This document shows positions 56,269 through 64,000 of a stretch of 64,000 nucleotides of DNA, piece by piece (the first letter of the stretch is position 1; each line of letters opens with the position of its first letter). A model generated the notes under the pieces. It was not told the origin of the DNA. It made no database searches and worked only from the letters and a program-made list of their open reading frames with translations. The DNA is from the human T2T-CHM13v2.0 reference genome, Homo sapiens. The position numbers and the translations under genes are program-made. The stretch lies in the NCBI RefSeq assembly GCF_009914755.1, contig NC_060932.1; one strand, 5' to 3'.

Positions 56269-57948
56269 TCACTTACTACCAGAAAGCCATTTTCTTACCA
56301 CAGTTACCACACAGGAATACCAACCACTATAAGAAAATGTTGTAATTATTTAAGAAATAAGTCCTACTATAAATTTTATCCAAAAATCATGAAAAGAGGT
56401 GAATGAATTTCAGCAGAAATTGTGAACAGAAAATGTTCGAATCTTGATGGCCACCCCGGGACTTGCTGTCTATTTTGTTCAATGTTACATACTGCGACAG
56501 GTCCCCCTACAGAATGTGAAAAGACAGTAACCACCGTCACAAAAAAACAGATATGGGCCAGAGCTAGTAACAAAAGGCGAGGGTCCTCAGGTAGAGAAGA
56601 AATTTTAAAAAACAAAACAAAACACAGCTTACCAGGAAATGAGAATGCCGTGCAGACACGCAAGGTCCGCTGAGATCATGTGTGAAGCCGACAGAAAGGG
56701 GCGAACCCCACGAGCCCGCTTTCCACCTGACAGTCCTGCCCAACAGGTTGCCAGGACGCCTGATGCACAGTTCTGAAAGTCCAGGGTTTTCTGACTGGTG
56801 TTTCTCCTGCCTAGTAACCATCCCCAGCACCGGAGACCTGGCATCGGCTGATTGGCAACAGATCCTTCTCTGAGCCACCGAAACAGATTCCCTAAGCTAG
56901 AAGGAACCAGAGATGACCCAACCCCTGCCAGGAATCCAGCTGCCACTACCTTCAACAATCAAAGAGGAGGAGGAGGAAGCACAACAGTGACGTGCAAGAA
57001 ACGCCGAGCGAGCAGGACAGTAGTAAAGGCTACAGAAAGGCACCGGAAGGGCCAAGAGCACTGTTAATTTGCGGACTGGGGAAGACTAGAAATGAACACA
57101 ATGAAATCCCATCAAGTTAACTGCTCATGCAAACGCTTAGGAAGTCGATTTATCTATCTTTCAGCTTAAGCACTAACCCCCAATTAGTAGAGAACAGAAA
57201 AGAAAGAACAAAACACAGCTGTTTTCCATGTTCTTAGAACAATTACTGCCAAAGTTTCCTCGAATTGCAAGAGGCTGAGGTCCTATGCAGTGAAGGCTTA
57301 AGCAAACAAAGGTTAGGGATTTCTCTTAGTTAATGAGATGGCAGATGTCAGCTCAATTGTGTGCATACGTTAGGCTGATCTGATCGCTGGGCGGTACATC
57401 CACAAAGCTCAAAATCGGTGCCACAGTGTCTCCTTAATTTCCTCCGAGGAAGAAAACTAGTCCATTTAGACTAATTCCCATATAAAATTTACACAACAAT
57501 CAATACAAATAATGCCTTAACCTAGAAACAAAAGCAATAAAATCTAGAACTGGAAAGAACTACCTTTCTTTATCCCTTAAAAAAAAATTCCGCTTTAGAA
57601 TGTGTGGAAAAAGGCAATAAAATTTTTTTTTAAAGAAAAAGAAGGCCGGGTGCAGTGGCTCACGCCTATAATCCCAGCACTTTGGGAGGCCGAGGCGGGC
57701 GGATCACAAGGTCAGTTTGAGACCAGCCTGACCAACATGGTGAAACCTCGTCTCTACTAAAAATACAAAAATTAGCTGGGCGTGGTGGTGCATGCCTGTA
57801 ATCCTAGCTACTCAGGAGGCTGAGGCAGGAGAATCGTTTGAATCCGGGAGGCGGAGGTTGCGGCAAGCCGGGATCACTCCACTGCACTCCAGCCTGGGTG
57901 ACAGAGTGAGACTCTGTCTCAAAAAAAAAAAAAAAGAAAGAAAAATTC

Positions 57949-58460
57949 CCTTTTTCTTCAGCGAGGCTGCCGAGCTCCAGATGCAGAGATGCAGATCTTT
58001 GTGAAGACCCTCACAGGCAAGACCATCACCCTTGAGATCGAGCCCAGCAACGCCAAAATTCAGGACAAGGAGGGCATCCCACCTGACCAGCAGCGTCTGA
58101 TACTTGCGGGCAAACAGCTGGAGGATGGCCGCACTCTCTCAGACTACAACATCCAGAAGGAGTCCACCCTGCACCTGGTGCTGCGCCTGCGAGGTGGCAT
58201 TACTGAGCCTTCCCTCCGCCAGCTCGCCCAGAAATACAACTACAACAAGATGATCTGCCGCAAGTGCTGTGCCCGCCTGCACCACCCCGTGCTGTCAACT
58301 CCCGCAAGAAGCGCGGCCACACCAACAACCTGTACCCCAAGACGAAGGACAAAGAAGGCTCTTCCTTCCCCAAAGAGCGGCGTCCTGCCCAGGCCTCATG
58401 GCCCTGGGGCCTCAATAAAGTGTCATAAAGTGTCCCTTTCGTTGACTGGGGAAAAGGAAA
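57949..58460 (+). pseudogene. UBA52 (ubiquitin-eL40) processed pseudogene in C8orf76 intron 3, antisense to host
   Basis: Pyrimidine (TOP-like) 5'UTR, intronless Ub-eL40 CDS with an 18-nt deletion and an eL40 frameshift, AATAAA at 58414-58419, A-rich tail, ~15-bp TSD (57934-57948 / 58461-58475, 1 mismatch). Possibly UBA52P5, but the number is not verifiable here. Confidence 0.95.
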
Positions 58461-58934
58461 AAGAAAAAAAAATTCTGCAAATTCCACTTAAAAATAAAAA
58501 GGACTACTAAGTGTGGCTTGGTAATGAGTATTTAGTCATTTTGGGGGGGGGACCTTTTTTGGCTTAGAAAAATACTGTTCATTGTAGAAATTTTGGAGAA
58601 CAACGTCTAAAAACAATCTAACGAAGAAAACAGATCACTCATAGTCCTTCCACACTGAATGTTACTCCTAACAAGAGAAAAACCTCTGCAAAGGAGATTT
58701 TCAGGCAATACAGAATTTTGAGCATGACACAAGAAAAATATTACAAGAAAATGATTATGTCTAGGTTCCAAGTTGTTCATCATAATAAAACTCTCACACC
58801 CCTGACAATTTTCTTCTGCTTATCCAAACCCATAGATTTTGCTACTAGCAAGAAGTTTGTTTTGTTTTCAAAAAATACACCATTCGACCACCCTTATAGG
58901 AATGTGTGTGAAAATAAGCAATAAAATCACTCAC

Positions 58935-59078
58935 CAAGTTTGCAGCAATCTCCAGCGCCTCCATATGCCTACCCAGGTGAGCCAGACACCGAGCCTGACC
59001 TTCCTGGACATCCCTTTTCATGGCAAAATTGGTTGATGACAATTTTTCAGAGATACTGGAATACTCCTGCAGTGCTTT
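58935..59078 (-). CDS. C8orf76: C8orf76 coding exon 3 (TPR-like helices)
   Basis: Acceptor ttccag|AAA, donor TTG|gtgagt; [12 protein letters not shown]...EALEIAANL; 144 nt. Confidence 0.95.
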
Positions 59079-59241
59079 CTGGAAATTATTTGTTAAATAA
59101 AGAAATGAAAGGAGGAAAACATAACAGAAAAAAGGATTCAGAATAGGGGTGATTTTTTTTCCTAGGTGGAAAGTAATGTTATAACTGACCAATGAATTAC
59201 ATGAATATTTAAATGAATTAAAGAAGATTTCACTATTCTAG

Positions 59242-59604
59242 TGATATGGTTTAGCTGTGTCCCCACCCAAATCTCATCTTAAATTGCAGCTCCCATAACC
59301 CCCACATGTTGTGGGAGGGACCTGGTGGGAGGTAACTGAATCATGGGGGTGGGTTTTTCCCATGCTATTCTCATGGTAGTTAGTCTCAGGAGATCTGATA
59401 GTTTCATAAAAGGCAGTTCCCCTGCACACACTCTCTTTGCCTGCCGCCATGTAAGACGTGACTTTGCTCCTCCTTCACCTTCTGCCATGATTGTGAGGCC
59501 TCCCCAGCCATGTAGAACTGTGAGTCCATTAAACCTTTTTTTTTTTAAATAAATTATCTAGTCTTGGGTATTTCTTCATGGCAGTATGGAAATGGACTAA
59601 TACA
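59242..59604 (+). mobile_element. THE1 solo LTR in C8orf76 intron 2
   Basis: TGATATGGTTTAGCTGTGTCCCCACCCAAATCTCATCTT...GGACTAATACA; perfect 5-bp TSD TCTAG (59237-59241, 59605-59609). Confidence 0.88.
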
Positions 59605-60185
59605 TCTAGTCAATCCTACTTTCCTAAAAGGTAGAGAAGGAATGGCTAGAGAATATAATCACTACTACTATGGAAAGCATCATGATATAGCAGAAAGAAC
59701 ATTCTGGGACCAAATATACTAGGCTTTGAATTCTGGTATTGCCACTAACTTACTTTATAACCTTTTCATCAGCAAAATAAAAACAGGATTCTCATGCAGA
59801 TGAAATGAGATACATATGTAACGCAATCTAACATCTAGTTGTTAGTTCTTTTTCTTATACATTTTGGGGTGATTTGCTCCTGTGGCACTGTGAAATGTCT
59901 GTGCTAGAGGGTCCTAAGTAATGAGGAGATTCAGAACCTTGAGGAATAAACCTACAAGGACAAGGACCCCAAAGAGATCCTTTTGTTGGAGTTACAGAAA
60001 ACAAACAAATCATACAGAGCCAAGCAGAAAAGAACGGAAACTTGGGAGCCTCAGATTATAAACACACATCACAAAAGATTAAACTCATCTTCATAAACAC
60101 CACACTAACTTGGTACACTGTTATTTACATATGCCATAACTGATAAAACAAGAGCCCACTTCAAGCACCATATGTTGAATTCTAC

Positions 60186-60281
60186 CTGATACTCTTGTCG
60201 TCTGTAGGCCAGGTCTCCTTTGAATTTCTTGAGAGTCAGCACTTCAACATCATCACTGCTTTCTGTTTCTTCATAAAACCA
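60186..60281 (-). CDS. C8orf76: C8orf76 coding exon 2
   Basis: Acceptor ttcaag|TGG, donor CAG|gtagaa; [32 protein letters not shown]; 96 nt. Confidence 0.93.
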
Positions 60282-60939
60282 CTTGAAATCATGAAAATAG
60301 CCTATTACAGAGTGAGCTATGCTTTTCCACCTCATATTCAGAAGCAATTTCCCATAATATAATTGATTAAACGTCAAAAAAAGACTTCTTCAAGAGTCTG
60401 GCCAGGTTAGTCTTGAACTCCTGAGCACAAGTGATCCTGCCTCTGCCCACCTTGGCCTCCCAAAGTGCTGGGATTACAGGTGTGAGCCACCGCACCCAGC
60501 CCACATTGGTTCTTTAAAATGAGACATGCTTTCTTGTAGATAAACTTTAGTGTGACTGGAATAGGGATTGACAATTCTTTACTGAAAGGACATAGGAAAG
60601 AAGAATTATAGATATGGTGCTATTATGAAAATGTCATAATGGCAAAAAACTAGAATTTCAGCAAAGGAGACAGAAATTAAGGCTAGAAGGAGGCTCCAAT
60701 GCAACCAAATACCAAAAACCTGTAGGAGAGAAGTCTGAGGAAATGCCCATCTAGGATACTTTATTTGCTTTTCTACTGATTTAAATCCTATGGATAAAAA
60801 GGAAAGTGAGACTGAGATTGCTTGACTATTGAATAAATAACGTAGGGAAAGGCAGTGGCTTACACCTGTAATCCCAGCAATTTGGGAGGCCGAGGCGGGC
60901 AGATCACTTGAGGTTAGGAGTTTGAGACCAGCCTGGCTA

Positions 60940-61149
<210 letters not shown>

Positions 61150-62049
61150 TCACTTCATTTTAGAATTTATATTAAATTCTATGCACCTGTACAGCACATC
61201 AGATCTGACAAAGTATTTTCATATACATTATCTCATTTCACTCCCACGATAACTCTGTGAGCCAGCATGTATTATTTTTCTGAAGGGACAAATAAGGAGC
61301 TGACACCTTCAAGGCAAGTGGTTAAAGCCAACACTGGAATTCAAGAGTCCTATCTCATAACCAGAGTTTTTTTAATGTTCTGCCACATGATTTCCAAGCC
61401 CAATCCCTGTTTTGAGTCTACATGATCCAGGGCTGAAGGTAACTTTGAAAGATCGTATGTGATAAGGAGAAAATGCAACTGAAATAACCAAAAACACAAT
61501 TCAGTAATTATCGAGTGCCTGGCATCTTGTCAGTACAATTGTGAGGAACGAATGAGACAGTATATGCGAAGGAACCCACCACAGTGCCCGGAACACTTCC
61601 GTATTTTCCATAAATATTAGTTTTGACTGATGAACTATTTACACTCATGAAAGAATAGGAAGTAATACTCTACTAATTCAAAAATATTCGCGGAGTCACT
61701 ATTATGAATAAAAACTGTTAGGCACTGCCAAGGGCATCAAGAACCCATGCTGGTGCGATCATTTAGCACTCCGGGTCTCAGGACTTTGTGGGAATACTGA
61801 CAAGTGCTTTAAGTAGAAGCTAAATAGAGGGAAGGGGGCCAAAGACAAAAATATTTGGCTGGAAGACGAAATCAGAAAAGACTTCCTAGAGGAGATGACA
61901 TTTAAGATGTGCCTTGAAAAACGGATATAACTGAAGGACTTTAACCATCAGCGCGGGGTTGGTACGGGCAGGGGGAGCTCGCCGAAGAGGGAGGGGAGAG
62001 TGGGTTTGCCGGAGGTCACCGTTTTGGGAGGCCTGACTGCCCAGCTGTA

Positions 62050-62620
62050 AGAGCAGTGAAGACAAACGGGAGGTACCGGAGATTGCAGGGCAGGGGCGTT
62101 GAGACCAGCCGGCAGCAGCCAGGCCGGCCAAATGCCAAGTGGGAGTCAAGCCGCTTACAACGCGGGGATTCTCGCCCATGGACCCGGAATGGGGCCTGGG
62201 AAAGCCGCTTCCCCGTGGAGGAGGAGGGACGGCGGGGGACGCGGCGGGCGCTGGAGCCTGCCAGGATTTGCGTTCGCGCGGACGGAGGGGCCGAGGCCGG
62301 GGCCGGGGCCCCGCGGAGGGCGAGGCCTGGGGCCCGGGATAAGGCGAAGAGGCCCCAGCTTCTCACCTGCGGCTCGCAGAGCTTGGCGCAGTAGGACGCG
62401 GGCGGTCCTGACCGCCGCTCCGGCCTCTCCTCGAACACCGAGTCCTCGAACTCGCCGCCGAACAACCAGCACCCGGAATCCATCTCGCGCCCGCGGCGGG
62501 GGCAACGAGGAAGCGGGGCCCGCCGGAAAAGGCGGGGCTTCCACGGCCCAGAGCGCGGCACGCTGGGACTTGTAGTCTTTGAGGGCGACGCGGGGACGTG
62601 GCCGCTGCTGGTTGGGAGTA
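62050..62620 (-). promoter_or_regulatory. C8orf76 CpG-island promoter
   Basis: Dense CpG around exon 1; GC boxes; ETS-like CCGGAA (62523-62528); ACTACAAGTCCCAG ZNF143/THAP11-type motif on minus strand within 62563-62577; no TATA seen. Confidence 0.85.
62367..62483 (-). CDS. C8orf76: C8orf76 coding exon 1
   Basis: ATG at 62483 in a CpG island; [39 protein letters not shown]; donor CAG|gtgaga; 117 nt. Confidence 0.95.
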
Positions 62621-62732
62621 GTGGTTGAGCTGAGATGATTATCTGACCCACTAACTGACCGAACCCCAGGACGGAGGTTTTGACTTCTCTGTGTCAGGAG
62701 ATGGACAGAATGATCCTTACCTGCACGCATCA

Positions 62733-63404
<672 letters not shown>

Positions 63405-64000
63405 CAAGTACCAATTGTCAACCACTGTGCATTCCCGTCACTGTGTTAAGCACATTTTTTCTTTTCGGCTAACAACCACCTTATGAAAGCCAAAGTGATT
63501 CCCATTTTGCAAATCCTATTTTGAAGATATTGGAGTTTGGAGAGGTTAAGTAACTTGTTAAGTTTCGGTCATTATGTGGCTGAAACTTGGGAAATACAGA
63601 AATGAATGCGTACTCTCCGTGCTTCCGGACAAGAGACACTACCACCAATAACAAAGACCGGAGTCATTCACGCATTTATGAAAGAAAAGACACAGAAATA
63701 TACCGTGGGAGGCTAGATCAGGGAGCATTCATTCGACCTGGAGAACACCAAATCTCAAAATTCTAAGACTAACATTTACTACAATTCTTATACTTTTAAG
63801 ATATTTCTTGACTCTAGAAAGTAAAGATTGTTGACAAAATGCTGGCCAATACTGTACAGCACAATATTGTGCCATATTACACAGTAGGAAATAAACATAA
63901 AGGTTTTCCCCGATTTTTTTCCTGTTCCTCTTCACTCTCACCAGTTTCTCTTCCACCATTTATCTGTCTTCCAGGTTTCTTTTTTAAAATTTTATCTGTT

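Overview
Alu-rich primate genomic DNA that I recognise from memory as the human chr8q24.13 FAM83A / C8orf76 locus. Two convergent spliced protein genes can be rebuilt exactly from GT-AG boundaries. FAM83A (+) has 4 coding exons over 3993-28824: 1305 nt, 434 aa, with a DUF1669 pseudo-PLD domain. C8orf76 (-) has 6 coding exons over 62483-41240: 1143 nt, 380 aa, with a CpG-island promoter. The window also holds a full-length but box-degenerate U3 snoRNA copy (-), the MIR4663 hairpin (-), a UBA52 processed pseudogene with an open ubiquitin-variant frame, a tailless 5S rRNA retro-fragment with a perfect 16-bp target-site duplication (TSD), probable FAM83A-AS1, several complete solo LTRs with TSDs, and dozens of Alus. 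Almost all other ORFs in the track are Alu, LTR or low-complexity artefacts. I see no wholly new multi-gene system. The best leads are small: the 5S insertion, the ubiquitin-variant ORF, a duplicated TCF/LEF+E-box module, LTR-donated poly(A) signals, a C-terminally truncated FAM83A splice form, a 255-nt AG-free pyrimidine tract, and nested or inverted Alus with a gene-conversion signature. Repeat coordinates and subfamily names are by-eye estimates; no database search was run.
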